A stretch of DNA of 64,000 nt, taken from positions 192,001-256,000 of the forward strand of contig CAVWPA010000001.1 in assembly GCA_963756875.1 (NCBI GenBank), written 5' to 3'. The notes under the pieces are model-generated. The model worked only from the letters and a program-made list of their open reading frames with translations. It did not search any database and had not been told where the DNA came from. Positions within the stretch are counted from its first letter, which is position 1; the number at the start of each line of letters is the position of its first letter. Position numbers and translations under genes: made by a program. This DNA comes from an uncultured Verrucomicrobiae bacterium. GTDB lineage: Bacteria > Verrucomicrobiota > Verrucomicrobiia > Chthoniobacterales > UBA10450. Shown piece by piece: positions 9,704 to 22,901 of this stretch.

Positions 9704-9921
9704 GTCCGATGCCGGGACGGGCGGTTTCGCCGCTGTCGCGCGAGGCAAGCCGATATCGAACTCTGGGGACTGGCGTGATTCGTGATTGGTTATCCGCCTA
9801 CGCCACTACGGCGCGGCAGGTGTCGTTACAACGGATGGTCACTTTCCCTTGTAACCTTTGTAACGGTTTTAACCCTCTTAACGTTTCAACGGTCAATTTT
9901 TCAAAGAACACGCTAGTTCGC

Positions 9922-9962
9922 TGACAACTACATACAGGGAGGGAAAGTAAACGTTTAAGGCT
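9922..9962 (-). promoter_or_regulatory. 3' arm of the pre-23S processing stem
   Basis: Reverse complement matches 13188-13232 (core ccctgtatgtag-tgtca, 17/18), so the two arms can pair around the 23S. Confidence 0.75.
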
Positions 9963-10043
9963 TCGTTTTGTTTTGAGATCTTTTGATCTTCTCTGTGTGC
10001 CGTTGCCTTCTTGCGAAGGCAACGGGTTAACAGAAAAGTAAAA

Positions 10044-13086
<3,043 letters not shown>

Positions 13087-13149
13087 AATCTGTTTGATCC
13101 CGCTCGCGCGGGACCAAGATTCTTTGATAACTGAAACTCTCCTATAGAC

Positions 13150-13173
13150 CGGCGGTCATAGACCGCCGCTACA
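13150..13173. repeat. GTAG-type REP in the pre-23S leader
   Basis: cggcggtcatagaccgccgctaca, inverted relative of 8559-8582. Confidence 0.8.
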
Positions 13174-13187
13174 GATATTTCAGACTC

Positions 13188-13240
13188 AGCTCTTAAAGTT
13201 GTACTTTCTTACTACCCTGTATGTAGATGTCAAAGAACCA
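13188..13240 (-). promoter_or_regulatory. 5' arm of pre-23S processing stem with overlapping boxA-like antitermination site
   Basis: Complementary to 9922-9962; minus strand TGGTTCTTTGACA resembles rrn boxA and follows a small hairpin (13243-13260). Confidence 0.7.
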
Positions 13241-13465
13241 GCCCCCGAACCTTTCCGGGGTCCACTCTTCCCGCACATTCGGGCGACAAAAAACTCAATC
13301 TCGACGCCGACAAAAAATCACGTGCCGCGCCTCAGCCGGCGGCTGCCGGACGAAGGCGGATCTCCGCTTTCTATTGCCGGGACAAAATTGAGTTCCAATT
13401 TGCAGTCCCTAAATGTACAAGAACGTCCCCGAAATAATCGGGGCCCCGCTTCCGGCGGGATAAAC

Positions 13466-13494
13466 AAACTAGCGGCAGATCAACGGGGCGTCAA
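13466..13494 (-). promoter_or_regulatory. Sigma70-type promoter for the 23S-5S unit
   Basis: Minus strand TTGACG-N17-TAGTTT about 380 nt upstream of the 23S 5' end. Confidence 0.7.
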
Positions 13495-13690
13495 CTCCGT
13501 TCGTGAGATTTTCGGGTTGGAAATTTGACTCTCTATCCCGCTATGTTTGAACCGCTTACACCGACGCTTCGGCTCCGGAGACAGCTAATGGGAGCCCCGA
13601 GCGAAAAAATTCTTCGAATGCCCACGGAAAAGTGCCCGGGTGGCTCGGCCTCAACCCGATCGGAGAGCCCGACGCGAATGCGATAGCGGA

Positions 13691-13727
13691 TTGGAGGGAC
13701 ACGTGCTGTCGTGTCCCAAAAATCGGG
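13691..13727. repeat. TGGAGGGACACG..CGTGTCCCA REP-like family
   Basis: Similar copies at 19557-19614 and, inverted, 15737-15763. Confidence 0.75.
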
Positions 13728-13793
13728 TGCCGGCGGCGTGGACGCTGTCCAGCTTTTTGTTGGCATGCGGAACGCCTGCCCTACAGTTGCCGA

Positions 13794-14540
13794 ATGCAAC
13801 GCAACGACGGGCGCGCGCCCGATCAGATCCGGGCTGTCAGTTTCGAGCTCAACATCGCCCCGCATGCGAGTGGTTCGGTCCTAGTCGGCATGGGAAACAC
13901 GCGCGTGATTTGCGGTGTGACCATCGAAGAAACCGTGCCGCGCTGGATGAAGGAACAAAACGTGAGCGGCGGCTGGCTGACAGCCGAGTATTCGATGTTG
14001 CCTTACTCGACCACGACCAGGAAACCGCGAGATATCACAAAAGGGCGGCTCGATGGCCGCAGCACGGAAATTCAGCGACTTATCGGGCGCTCATTGCGTG
14101 CAGTTGTCGATCTTGAAAAGCTGGGGCCGCGCACGATGTGGGTCGATTGCGACGTGCTTCAAGCGGACGGCGGGACCCGGACGGCGGCGATTACCGGCTC
14201 GAGTCTGGCAGTGGCGATCGCCTGCCGGAGACTTGCCAGAGACAAGAAGGTGGAAACGCCGCCGATCAAAAAGCTGGTCGCGGCGGTCAGCGCGGGCGTG
14301 CTGGAGGGGCAAGCGATCGTGGACCTCAATTACGAGGAGGACAAGGCCGTTACGGTCGATTTCAATCTGGTGGCGACCGAGGACGGTGAGTTTGTTGAAG
14401 TGCAGGGGTCGGGGGAAGAAGCAAGCTTTGCTCAATCGCAACTCGACGAATTGGTCGTGCTTGCACGCCAGGGGGCTGCGGAGTTGATTGCAGCGCAGCG
14501 TGCTGTCCTGGCGCGAATCATGGTTTCGGAGCCGGACTAG
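13794..14540 (+). CDS. rph: Ribonuclease PH
   Basis: [40 protein letters not shown]. Confidence 0.97.
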   Translation: MQRNDGRAPDQIRAVSFELNIAPHASGSVLVGMGNTRVICGVTIEETVPRWMKEQNVSGGWLTAEYSMLPYSTTTRKPRDITKGRLDGRSTEIQRLIGRSLRAVVDLEKLGPRTMWVDCDVLQADGGTRTAAITGSSLAVAIACRRLARDKKVETPPIKKLVAAVSAGVLEGQAIVDLNYEEDKAVTVDFNLVATEDGEFVEVQGSGEEASFAQSQLDELVVLARQGAAELIAAQRAVLARIMVSEPD

Positions 14541-14570
14541 CTAATCGTCATGCTGGCGACATCTATCAAT

Positions 14571-14639
14571 TGTGGGGCGTCCGCCGCGGCGGACGCCGTT
14601 ATTATTTCGGTGGCGTCCGCTGCGGCGGACGCCCTACAA
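14571..14639. repeat. Paired REP palindromes (REPIN-like)
   Basis: tgtggggcgtccgccgcggcggacgcc ... ggcgtccgctgcggcggacgccctaca. Confidence 0.8.
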
Positions 14640-14650
14640 TAACGCCGACA

Positions 14651-15664
14651 ATGAAGAAGGCGCTCATCACCGGAATTACCGGACAGGATGGAAGTTATCT
14701 CGCGGATCTTTTGCTGGAGAAAGGGTACGAGGTGCACGGCATCATCCGTCGGGCGAGTACATTCAACACTTCGCGCATCGATCATCTTTACGCCGACCCG
14801 CACATCAACGGGGTACGGATGTTTCTGCATTATGGCGACCTGAGCGACGCGGTTAGCCTGGTCAAACTGCTCTATCATCTGAAGCCCGACGAGATTTATC
14901 ATCTGGGGGCGCAGAGCCACGTGCGCGTCAGTTTCGATATTCCGGAGTACACGTCGGACGTCACCGGCGTCGGCACGATCCGCATTCTGGAAGCGATGCG
15001 CGAGACGGGATTGCGTTCGCGCTTTTACCAGGCCTCGAGCAGCGAGATGTTCGGAAAAGCGCAGGCGGTTCCACAAAATGAAAAGACGCCATTCTGGCCG
15101 CGCAGCCCGTACGGCGTGGCCAAGGTTTTTTCGTATTGGGCGACGGTCAATTACCGCGAGAGCTATGGCTTGCACGCGAGCAACGGAATTCTTTTCAATC
15201 ACGAGAGCCCGCGTCGTGGTGAGACGTTCGTGACGCGCAAAATTTCGCGTGCTGTTGCCGCGATCAAGCACGGGCTGCAACACGAGCTCTTTCTCGGCAA
15301 CCTCGATGCGAAACGCGATTGGGGTTACGCGCCGGAGTACGTTGAAGCGATGTGGCGCATCCTGCAGCAAGACAAAGGCGACGATTTTGTGATCGCCACG
15401 GGCGAGACGCACACCGTGCGCGAATTGGCGGAGGCCGCGTTCGCACGCGTCGATCTCGATTGGAAAGAGTATGTGAAACATGACCCGCGTTACGAGCGGC
15501 CGGCGGAAGTGGATTTACTCATCGGCGATGCGACGAAAGCGAAGAAGGTTCTCGGCTGGGAGCCCAAAGTACAATTTAACGAACTCGTCCGCATCATGGT
15601 GGATGCGGACATGGACCTGTTATCCCGGGAAGCGCCGCGGAAACGTCTCGGCAAGTTGCCGTAG
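14651..15664 (+). CDS. gmd: GDP-mannose 4,6-dehydratase
   Basis: [47 protein letters not shown]. Confidence 0.97.
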   Translation: MKKALITGITGQDGSYLADLLLEKGYEVHGIIRRASTFNTSRIDHLYADPHINGVRMFLHYGDLSDAVSLVKLLYHLKPDEIYHLGAQSHVRVSFDIPEYTSDVTGVGTIRILEAMRETGLRSRFYQASSSEMFGKAQAVPQNEKTPFWPRSPYGVAKVFSYWATVNYRESYGLHASNGILFNHESPRRGETFVTRKISRAVAAIKHGLQHELFLGNLDAKRDWGYAPEYVEAMWRILQQDKGDDFVIATGETHTVRELAEAAFARVDLDWKEYVKHDPRYERPAEVDLLIGDATKAKKVLGWEPKVQFNELVRIMVDADMDLLSREAPRKRLGKLP

Positions 15665-15665
15665 C

Positions 15666-15724
15666 TGTAGTAACGGCGCTCCGTCGCCGTGCCGAGCGGC
15701 CCCGGCAGAGCGGGGCGGCTACAG
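15666..15724. repeat. GTAG-type REP pair
   Basis: tgtagtaacggcgctccgtcgccgtg ... cagagcggggcggctaca; same family at 60552-60676. Confidence 0.8.
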
Positions 15725-15802
15725 CGCCCAAACAAATGGGACACGACAGCGCGTCTCCCTCCACAATTCGTCGGATCCCGCTTTCGCGGGAGAGAAACGT
15801 CC

Positions 15803-16453
15803 CTACCTGATCACGTTCTTGATTTGATTCGCCGCCGCCATTTGCATGGGCGAGCAGGCGGGAACCACGGTCGCGAGCGGCAAATCGACGATCGAAACCC
15901 GGGTGCCGCATCCGACGATCTTGTAAAGATTAATGACGTCCGAAGAGCGCATGCGGATGCAACCGTAGCTTACCGGCTGCCCGAGGTTTCTTTCTTCCGG
16001 CGTGCCATGGATATAAATGTCGCGCGCGAACGCATGCTCATTCCCTGCCTGAAGCCCCCGTAACCACAGAATGCGTGTCACGATGGGATCGCGTCCGGGT
16101 GAATTCGGCGCGACGATCTCACCCGTCCGGTGGCGATCTTTGAACACGGCTCCCAGCGGGGCGCCGTCGCCGATTTTGGCGGCAATCTGTAATTGTCCCA
16201 GCGGTGTGCCGTAACTCCCGGGCCGGTCGCTGAGACCAAATTTGGAAGTCGAAACAGGATATGTGGCGATCAGCTTGCCTTTTTCGAGCAAGGCCATCTT
16301 TTGATCGTGCACGCTTATAACGATGCGATGATCCAGATCGGGCGGCGCGGCGCAGGACGCGAGAAAAAGTGCCGCAAGGAAACAGGCGAGCCAGATCGAG
16401 CGTTTGGAGCTCGACGCTGAAATCAGAGGTTGAACCAGCGAATTAACCGACAT
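15803..16453 (-). CDS. L,D-transpeptidase (YkuD) family lipoprotein
   Basis: Lipobox LASC; IYIHGT..SYGCIRM catalytic motif; start uncertain. Confidence 0.9.
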   Translation of the reverse strand: MSVNSLVQPLISASSSKRSIWLACFLAALFLASCAAPPDLDHRIVISVHDQKMALLEKGKLIATYPVSTSKFGLSDRPGSYGTPLGQLQIAAKIGDGAPLGAVFKDRHRTGEIVAPNSPGRDPIVTRILWLRGLQAGNEHAFARDIYIHGTPEERNLGQPVSYGCIRMRSSDVINLYKIVGCGTRVSIVDLPLATVVPACSPMQMAAANQIKNVIR

Positions 16454-16518
16454 TGCGCCGGCCTTCGGCTCCAGAGATGCTACGGCTCGGAGAGGAGGCC
16501 GCGATCCACATTTGTTCC

Positions 16519-17418
16519 TCATGCCCGGTTGAATCGGAAGAATTGTCCCGCAGTTGCCGTCGTAGCGCCAGCGATTTTTTCCAAAGCAACCCCGCGCGCG
16601 TTGGCGATCGTTTCAGCCACGATTCGAGTATGTGCGGGTTCGCAGCGTTTTCCGCGGAATGGAACAGGAGCCAGATAGGGACAATCGGTTTCCACCATGA
16701 ACTTGTCGAGTGGAACTCGCGTCGCCACATCACGCACGCTTCTGCCGTTTTTGAAAGTCACAATCCCGGTAAACGAGACGAGATGGTCCAACGCGATGAC
16801 ATCGTTGGCCTGCTCCAGCGTGCCGCCGAAACAATGAAAGACACCGCGCAACTTTCCTGAATACGGCTGCATGATCTGGAGCGTCTCGTCCCAGGCGTCG
16901 CGTTGATGAATCACCACGTTGAGACCAAGCTCGACCGCGAGATCGAGCTGTTGCTGGAACAGGCTCGCCTGCTTCGACTTGTAAGCGCCGTCGCGCAGGT
17001 TCGCATCGATGTCTTCTTCTGTTTCGCTTTGCAACGCGTGCATCACTTGCGCCGGCCTTTCTTTTGCAGCCCCAACGCTGGGCAAATGATGATAATCAAG
17101 GCCGGTTTCGCCGATCGCCACCACGCGCGGATTGCCAGCCAGTTTGCGCAACGGGGTTATCACATCTTCCCCTGCCTCTTTGGCGTAAGTGGGGTGAACG
17201 CCAATGGCGGCAAAGACGTTCGGATATTTCCCGGCGAGATCGACTGCGCGCTGACTGCTCTCAACGGATGTGCCAATGGTGATAATGCGCGTGACGCCGG
17301 CTTCGGTTGCGCGCCGCAGCACATCGTCGAGGTCGTTGGCGAAATCGGGGTAATCCAGGTGGGCGTGGGTTTCGACCAAGGAGAGTTGAGAGTTGATTGT
17401 TGATTGTTGAGAGTCCAT
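16519..17418 (-). CDS. tatD: TatD family hydrolase/DNase
   Basis: ETHAHLD, IGVHP, AIGETGLDY, GVFHCF, VETDCPYLAP. Confidence 0.95.
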   Translation of the reverse strand: MDSQQSTINSQLSLVETHAHLDYPDFANDLDDVLRRATEAGVTRIITIGTSVESSQRAVDLAGKYPNVFAAIGVHPTYAKEAGEDVITPLRKLAGNPRVVAIGETGLDYHHLPSVGAAKERPAQVMHALQSETEEDIDANLRDGAYKSKQASLFQQQLDLAVELGLNVVIHQRDAWDETLQIMQPYSGKLRGVFHCFGGTLEQANDVIALDHLVSFTGIVTFKNGRSVRDVATRVPLDKFMVETDCPYLAPVPFRGKRCEPAHTRIVAETIANARGVALEKIAGATTATAGQFFRFNRA

Positions 17419-17490
17419 GAGAACAGGTCCTTTCCCTGCGTCCTGCAGCCCTTCTATCGACTATCAACTAGCGACTATCAACCTTCTGCA

Positions 17491-18513
17491 TCACCACTCA
17501 ATCACCGTGCTCGCCCAGGTAAGTCCGCCGCCGAAGACGACCATCAGAATGTAATCGCCCGGTTTGATCCGGCCGGTGCGATTCGCTTCATCGAGCGCGA
17601 TGGCCACCGCTGCGGCCGATGTATTGCCGTAACGGTCGAGATTCACGAACATTTTCTCTCGCGGCACGTGGAGCCGCTCGGCGATAGCCTCGATGATGCG
17701 CAAATTCGCCTGATGCGGAATCACGCAGGAAATGTCTTCGATGCTCAGTCCTGCTTGTTCGAGCGCTTTTCGCGCGGCGCTCAACATGGCGATGATGGCC
17801 TGCTTATAAACGTCCTTCCCGGTCATATGGATGGTGTTCAGGTGCAGGTGAGCGTTCTCGGCGGTGATCGGGCACCGTGAACCGCCACCCGGCATGAACA
17901 GGATATCGCTGTACTGCCCGTCGCTGCCGATGTGCGTGCTGATGATGCCATGCGTGCCGCCCCGGTGCCGTAGAATTGCCGCGCCCGCGCCATCGCCAAA
18001 AAGCACGCACGTGTTGCGATCGGTCCAATTCGTGATCGAAGTCAGCTTTTCCGCTCCGATCACCAACACGGTGTCGTAGGTGTGCGAAGTGATGAATTGC
18101 TGGCCGATCTCGAGTCCAAAAACGAAACCGGCGCAGGCGGCGGAGATATCGAGACATGCCGCCTTGGTCGCGCCGATTTTTTTTTGCACGAAACAGGCGG
18201 TTGCCGGAAAAAGCATGTCCGGTGTGGCGGTGGCGACGAGAATGAGGTCGATCTCCTTGGGCGAGATTTGCGCCTGCTCGATCGCCTTCAATGCGGCCTT
18301 GGCGGCCATGTCGCTGGTGTTTTCATCTTTGGCTGCGACGCGGCGTTCCTTAATGCCGGTGCGCGTGGTGATCCATTCGTCGTTCGTGTCGACGATTCGC
18401 GACAAGTCGCTGTTCGTTAGGCGTTTTTCCGGCGTGTAACTACCGGTGCCAATGATCGATACGGTGCGAGTGGATTTAGCCGAGCGCGGGCTCGAGCGGG
18501 GCTGTCGTTTCAT
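17491..18513 (-). CDS. fabH: Beta-ketoacyl-ACP synthase III
   Basis: DISAACAGF, PHQANLRII, GNTSAAAV, FGGGLTW. Confidence 0.97.
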   Translation of the reverse strand: MKRQPRSSPRSAKSTRTVSIIGTGSYTPEKRLTNSDLSRIVDTNDEWITTRTGIKERRVAAKDENTSDMAAKAALKAIEQAQISPKEIDLILVATATPDMLFPATACFVQKKIGATKAACLDISAACAGFVFGLEIGQQFITSHTYDTVLVIGAEKLTSITNWTDRNTCVLFGDGAGAAILRHRGGTHGIISTHIGSDGQYSDILFMPGGGSRCPITAENAHLHLNTIHMTGKDVYKQAIIAMLSAARKALEQAGLSIEDISCVIPHQANLRIIEAIAERLHVPREKMFVNLDRYGNTSAAAVAIALDEANRTGRIKPGDYILMVVFGGGLTWASTVIEW

Positions 18514-19507
18514 GATAACGGCGAACTTCCTCGATGATATGCGGGTTCACCTGTTGTTCAATTGATTCGGCCGCGACACGCAGCGCGTTTTTGATGGCAA
18601 GCGGAGTGCTGGCCCCGTGCGCAATGATGCATATCCCATCCACACCGAGAAGCGGGCTACCGCCGTACTCCTCGTAATTTGTCTTGGCTTTGATGGTGTC
18701 AAACGCGTTGCGCGCGAGATAAGCGCCGGCCATCCGGATCTTTGTGCGCTTCAGTTCGTGCTTAAGCCACTTAAAAATCGCCACTGAGATCGATTCGCAC
18801 GTTTTCAAAATCACATTGCCGACAAAACCGTCGCACACCACCACCTCGACTGGATCCTCAAAAAGATGACGGCCTTCTATGTTGCCGACAAAATTTAGCG
18901 AGCTTAGCTTCAGCATTTTGAAAACTTCCTTGGTCAATTCAGTGCCCTTTACGTCCTCATCGCCTAACGATACGAGTCCCACCGTTGGATTCTCGTAGCC
19001 AAGAACGTGTCGCGAGTAAACCGAGCCCATGATTGTGTACTGCAGGAGATGCTCGGGACGCGCATCGATGTTTGCGCCGGCGTCGATCAAAACAAAAACG
19101 TTGTATTGGGTGGGAAGCACGGCCGCGATGCCGGGGCGGGCAATTCCAGTTAAAGTGCGAAGTTTGATCATGCTGGCCGCAACCGCCGCACCGGTGTGAC
19201 CCGCGCTGACAATCGCGTCGGCCTGGCCGAATTTCACCAGATCGACGGCGCGGCTCACGGACGAATCTTTTTTGCGCCGAACGGCCGACCAGGCGCGATC
19301 ACTCATGTCCACCACTTGGGTGGCATGGACGATTTCGATTCGACCGTCGTTACAGTTGTGCTTTTTCAGTTCCGCTTCGACGGCGTCGGAATCGCCCACC
19401 AGAAATAATTTCCGGATGTGCGGGTATTCGGCCAGGGCCATCACCGCGCCACCTACCAGATTTGGCGGGCCGAAATCACCGCCCATCGCATCCAAGGCGA
19501 TCTTCAC
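18476..19507 (-). CDS. plsX: Phosphate acyltransferase PlsX
   Basis: IALDAMGGDFGP, VSAGHTGA, CDGFVGNVILK; lies between rpmF and fabH. Confidence 0.97.
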   Translation of the reverse strand: MKIALDAMGGDFGPPNLVGGAVMALAEYPHIRKLFLVGDSDAVEAELKKHNCNDGRIEIVHATQVVDMSDRAWSAVRRKKDSSVSRAVDLVKFGQADAIVSAGHTGAAVAASMIKLRTLTGIARPGIAAVLPTQYNVFVLIDAGANIDARPEHLLQYTIMGSVYSRHVLGYENPTVGLVSLGDEDVKGTELTKEVFKMLKLSSLNFVGNIEGRHLFEDPVEVVVCDGFVGNVILKTCESISVAIFKWLKHELKRTKIRMAGAYLARNAFDTIKAKTNYEEYGGSPLLGVDGICIIAHGASTPLAIKNALRVAAESIEQQVNPHIIEEVRRYHETTAPLEPALG

Positions 19508-19618
19508 GAAGGAATTTTGCGGATTTTACCCACTTATTGCAAAACGAAAATGTAATTGGAGGGACACGCGATGTCGTGTCCCAGATTTGGGCGCTGACGA
19601 GGCGGCGCCCTTCCGCAT

Positions 19619-19801
19619 CTATTTGCCTTCCACAGTTAGCACCTGGCGGCCCTTGTAATATCCACAGGCGGAGCAGGCTGTATGCGCCGCGACGGCGCTG
19701 CCGCACTGCGGGCATTTGGCCAGCTGCGGCGCATGCCAGCGGTTGGCCGCCTTGCGCGTGCGTAGCCGCATTTTGGATGTTTTACGTTTTGGAACTCCCA
19801 T
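19619..19801 (-). CDS. rpmF: 50S ribosomal protein L32 (Zn-binding type)
   Basis: MGVPKRKTSK..CPQCG..HTACSACGYYKGRQV. Confidence 0.95.
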   Translation of the reverse strand: MGVPKRKTSKMRLRTRKAANRWHAPQLAKCPQCGSAVAAHTACSACGYYKGRQVLTVEGK

Positions 19802-19857
19802 GGCGGCCACCACAGAAGCACATGAGCGAGAAAAAGACAAATGGCCGCCGGTGGTTT

Positions 19858-19935
19858 GTTAAAAAGTTACAAGGTTAAAAGAGTTGCAAGACCGAGGTGC
19901 CGCCCTTTGTAACTTTGTAACGCTTTTAACTTTTT
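19858..19935. repeat. AT-rich 9-mer-like (GTTAAAA/TTGTAAC) inverted repeat
   Basis: gttaaaaagttacaaggttaaaagagttgcaa ... tttgtaactttgtaacgcttttaac; half-copies at 8161-8196 and 9849-9891. Confidence 0.65.
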
Positions 19936-20381
19936 TAGCGATTCAACTTCAATTTATCCAGCGCGCTCCAGTCGGCCTTTCGTCGCGCTTCGCGTTCGGC
20001 AGTCCGGGGATGGGAAGCGCGGCAAACACGTCCGCCGTCGCGGTCGCAGTGCGGATGGGCGGGGAGGTTCAGCAAAATATCTTCCCGCAGAAAAGGGGTG
20101 AGATCGATCTTCTCCGGCCCCGGCAATTGGACGTGCAAAGTAAATGCCGGCACCTGGATTTCGTAATCAAATTTTTCCAGACAGGCAACGCAGCGCAATT
20201 CGACCGCTTGCGCGAGGGAGCCATTCGCCCAAAGAGCGCCGTCTGAAACGCCGAGATCGAGCCGGTAACGCAGGGGCCCGGCGCAGCGAATCCCTTCCGC
20301 CTCGATTTCTCGAATCGGGCATTCCTCTTCGCCTTCGAGGTGCAATCCCGCCGCCGGAATTTGCTTGAGATGGATCTTCAT
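19935..20381 (-). CDS. yceD: DUF177/YceD family protein
   Basis: CVACL, IDLTPFLREDILLNLP, WSALDKLK; upstream of rpmF. Confidence 0.9.
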   Translation of the reverse strand: MKIHLKQIPAAGLHLEGEEECPIREIEAEGIRCAGPLRYRLDLGVSDGALWANGSLAQAVELRCVACLEKFDYEIQVPAFTLHVQLPGPEKIDLTPFLREDILLNLPAHPHCDRDGGRVCRASHPRTAEREARRKADWSALDKLKLNR

Positions 20382-20400
20382 GGCCGAAACTCTCCGAAGT

Positions 20401-20880
20401 TCATTGTGAAAATCTTTTTACGAGCGCCGAGGCGACGACGGGTGGGACGAACGTCGTCACGTCGCCTCGAAGCCGCGCGATTTCCTTGATGATCCGCGAA
20501 CTGAGGTATGTGTACTCTTCCTTGGGCATTAGAAAAATCGTCTCCACTTCCCCTTTCAATTTCCGGTTCATCAGGGCCATTTGGAATTCAAATTCGAAAT
20601 CGGACACGGCTCGCAGGCCACGGATGACAGCACTCGCTTTTTGCGCTGAGGCAAATTCGACGAGCAGACCGTCAAATTGCGCGATCTTCACGTTATCGAA
20701 TTTACCGACGGTTTCGTGTAGAAATCCCAGACGCTCCTCCAATGTGAAGAGCGCCTGTTTTTCGTCGTTGTGCGCGACTGCCACGACGACCTCATCGAAA
20801 AGTCTTCGGGCACGTTCCACCACATCGAGGTGGCCGTTGGTAATGGGATCGAAGCTGCCTGGGTAAATCGCGCGACGCAT
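20401..20880 (-). CDS. coaD: Phosphopantetheine adenylyltransferase
   Basis: AIYPGSFDPITNGHLD, RGLRAVSDFEFE. Confidence 0.97.
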   Translation of the reverse strand: MRRAIYPGSFDPITNGHLDVVERARRLFDEVVVAVAHNDEKQALFTLEERLGFLHETVGKFDNVKIAQFDGLLVEFASAQKASAVIRGLRAVSDFEFEFQMALMNRKLKGEVETIFLMPKEEYTYLSSRIIKEIARLRGDVTTFVPPVVASALVKRFSQ

Positions 20881-21055
20881 TTGCGGGAAATTCGCTCAGG
20901 AAAGTGCAAATGAAAAGTCTGATGGTAGAGCGGGTTCGCTGAGCGCGCCGCGGACGGTCCGTCAAAGGCCGGATTCGCCGTGGCGAACCGGGCGGTTCGT
21001 TCTCACCTTGCGGTTGCCGAAACCCCTGTCGCGCCGGAGATTATGCGTCTTGGCC

Positions 21056-21877
21056 ATGATCAGTCCGTCGCCTTATAAAACGCTCGCGGTCGCCAGCACA
21101 TTTTCTCCCCGCTTTGCTCAGGTTTTGTCGGAAGCGAAGCGGATTCGCGACCGGTTCGATTGCGAATTAAGGGTCATTTACGTAGGCCGGCCGAGCGAGG
21201 AAACGAGCGCAAAATTCCGCGAGGTCTTTGCGCGATTGGCGCTCCCCCGGGAACCGATCATTCATTATGAGGAGGGCGCCCCGGCCGATGGAATCCTGCG
21301 CGCTCTTAACAAAAACAAAATAGACATGATTGTGGCCGGCGCGCTTGAAAAGGAAGTGGTACTTCATCCCTTTCTCGGCATCGTTGCGCGCCGTCTGGTC
21401 CGCGAAGCGACCTGTTCTGTGATGCTTTTCACAAAGCCGGAGAGTGAACCGAAGCCATTGCACAAGATCGTTTTTGTCGCCGAATACTCGGAGCATGCGC
21501 GCTCTGCCTTGAAAAAAACCATCGACCTCGCGTCGGCAGAATCGTGTCAGCGTCTGTACGTCGCTCGAATCATTACGCCGTTTGATGAGGCGCGTGCCGC
21601 GCTTCCGGGGTCGAACAAGAAGAAGACGAAGAGGCCCATCGATGAAGAGGCTGAGCTTGAGGAATTCGTCTTGTCCGCCGGTGATACGGAGGTGCCGATC
21701 GAGACGCGTTGTATTCGTGGGAATACCGGATTTGCTGCTGCCGACTTTGTTCGCTCGGTCCACGCGGATTTACTCGTTGTACCCATTTTGCCATCGAAAA
21801 GCGGAGGCGAATCGTTTCCGAGCAACATGGCCTGGATCAAGGACGTTATTCCGTGCAACCTCTGGATAATCCGGTAG
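21056..21877 (+). CDS. Tandem universal stress protein (USP) domain protein
   Basis: Two USP-like halves: IDMIVAGA..LGIVARRLVREATCSV and ADLLVV..IPCNLWIIR. Confidence 0.8.
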   Translation: MISPSPYKTLAVASTFSPRFAQVLSEAKRIRDRFDCELRVIYVGRPSEETSAKFREVFARLALPREPIIHYEEGAPADGILRALNKNKIDMIVAGALEKEVVLHPFLGIVARRLVREATCSVMLFTKPESEPKPLHKIVFVAEYSEHARSALKKTIDLASAESCQRLYVARIITPFDEARAALPGSNKKKTKRPIDEEAELEEFVLSAGDTEVPIETRCIRGNTGFAAADFVRSVHADLLVVPILPSKSGGESFPSNMAWIKDVIPCNLWIIR

Positions 21878-21880
21878 GGA

Positions 21881-22025
21881 AAGCTCCAAATCCCAAGCAC
21901 CAGGTTCCAGGGAAGCTCCAATCATCAAACTTCAGGAAATCATTAAAGCTCTAAATGTTTGGCGCGAACTTTGAATATTGGAGCTTGGAATTTCCCTGGA
22001 GGTTGGGGTTTGGTGCTTGGTGCTT
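21881..22025. repeat. Heptamer-based inverted repeat element
   Basis: aagctccaaatcccaagcacc ... tttggtgcttggtgctt; same family as 3471-3605. Confidence 0.85.
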
Positions 22026-22037
22026 CCGATCGCTTTG

Positions 22038-22760
22038 ATGAACGCCCCGCAATTTCACGCCTACGGTCCCGCGCATCTCATCGTCATCTTCGTGACGATC
22101 GCGCTCCCGTTTTTGCTGGCGGCGATTGTTCATCGCAGCAAATCCAATCGGGCCCTTATCGAGCGCATCATGGTCGCAATATTGTGCGTGCTGCTCGTAT
22201 TAAACTACGCGGCGTATTTGATTTTTGTGCGCCTTCGCGGCGGGCCCATGAGCTGGGAACAGATGCTGCCGTTGCAACTGTGCGACTGGGGCATGGTCGT
22301 CATCATAGTCGCCTTGTTATCCGGAAATCAACGCTGGTTCGAGGTTGCCTATTTTTGGGGAATTGGCGGAACGCTCCAGGCCGTGCTGACCCCAAACCTT
22401 CGCTTCGGTTTTCCCGATGTGCGCTTCTTTAGTTTTTTTGTCTCGCACTCGGGAATCATTGTCGGTGTGGTTTTTTTGATGCTGGTGCACAGATTCCGGC
22501 CTTACCCGATGTCGATCGTTCGCGTGTTCGCGTGGTCGGAACTTTATTTCGTCATTACCATGGTGGCCGATGCCTGGACGGGGTTTAACTACGGATTTCT
22601 GCTGCATAAGCCGGAGGCGTTTTCGATTTTAAGTTTTCTTTCCGATTCGCGGCCCCTCTATTTGCTCGAGATGCAGGGATTAGCGCTGGTTTTTTTCCTC
22701 GTTTTATACGCGCCGTTTGCCGTGTTCGATCTTGTGCGGGGAAGATCAATCATCCACTAG
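22038..22760 (+). CDS. YwaF/TIGR02206 family integral membrane protein
   Basis: LPLQLCD, GIGGTLQAVLTP, FFVSHSG, NYGFL motifs. Confidence 0.85.
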   Translation: MNAPQFHAYGPAHLIVIFVTIALPFLLAAIVHRSKSNRALIERIMVAILCVLLVLNYAAYLIFVRLRGGPMSWEQMLPLQLCDWGMVVIIVALLSGNQRWFEVAYFWGIGGTLQAVLTPNLRFGFPDVRFFSFFVSHSGIIVGVVFLMLVHRFRPYPMSIVRVFAWSELYFVITMVADAWTGFNYGFLLHKPEAFSILSFLSDSRPLYLLEMQGLALVFFLVLYAPFAVFDLVRGRSIIH

Positions 22761-22773
22761 TGCCGTTCACGCG

Positions 22774-22888
22774 GTTATTCCGAACGAAGCGAGGAACCTC
22801 GCATTTGGTGATTCGTCACGCCGGTTAATTTGTGTAATGTTCCGCGCGAACGTGAGGTCCCTCGCCGTCTCCGCGACTCGGGATGACA
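22774..22888. repeat. TGTCAT(T/C)CCGAGC-type long inverted repeat
   Basis: gttattccgaacgaagcgaggaacctc ... gaggtccctcgcc..ctcgggatgaca; relatives at 32593-32715 and 35341-35370. Confidence 0.8.
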
Positions 22889-22901
22889 CGTTAATCAAAT
22901 T

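Noticed and set aside
14537..15481. 314-aa minus-strand ORF
   Set aside because: Antisense shadow of gmd.
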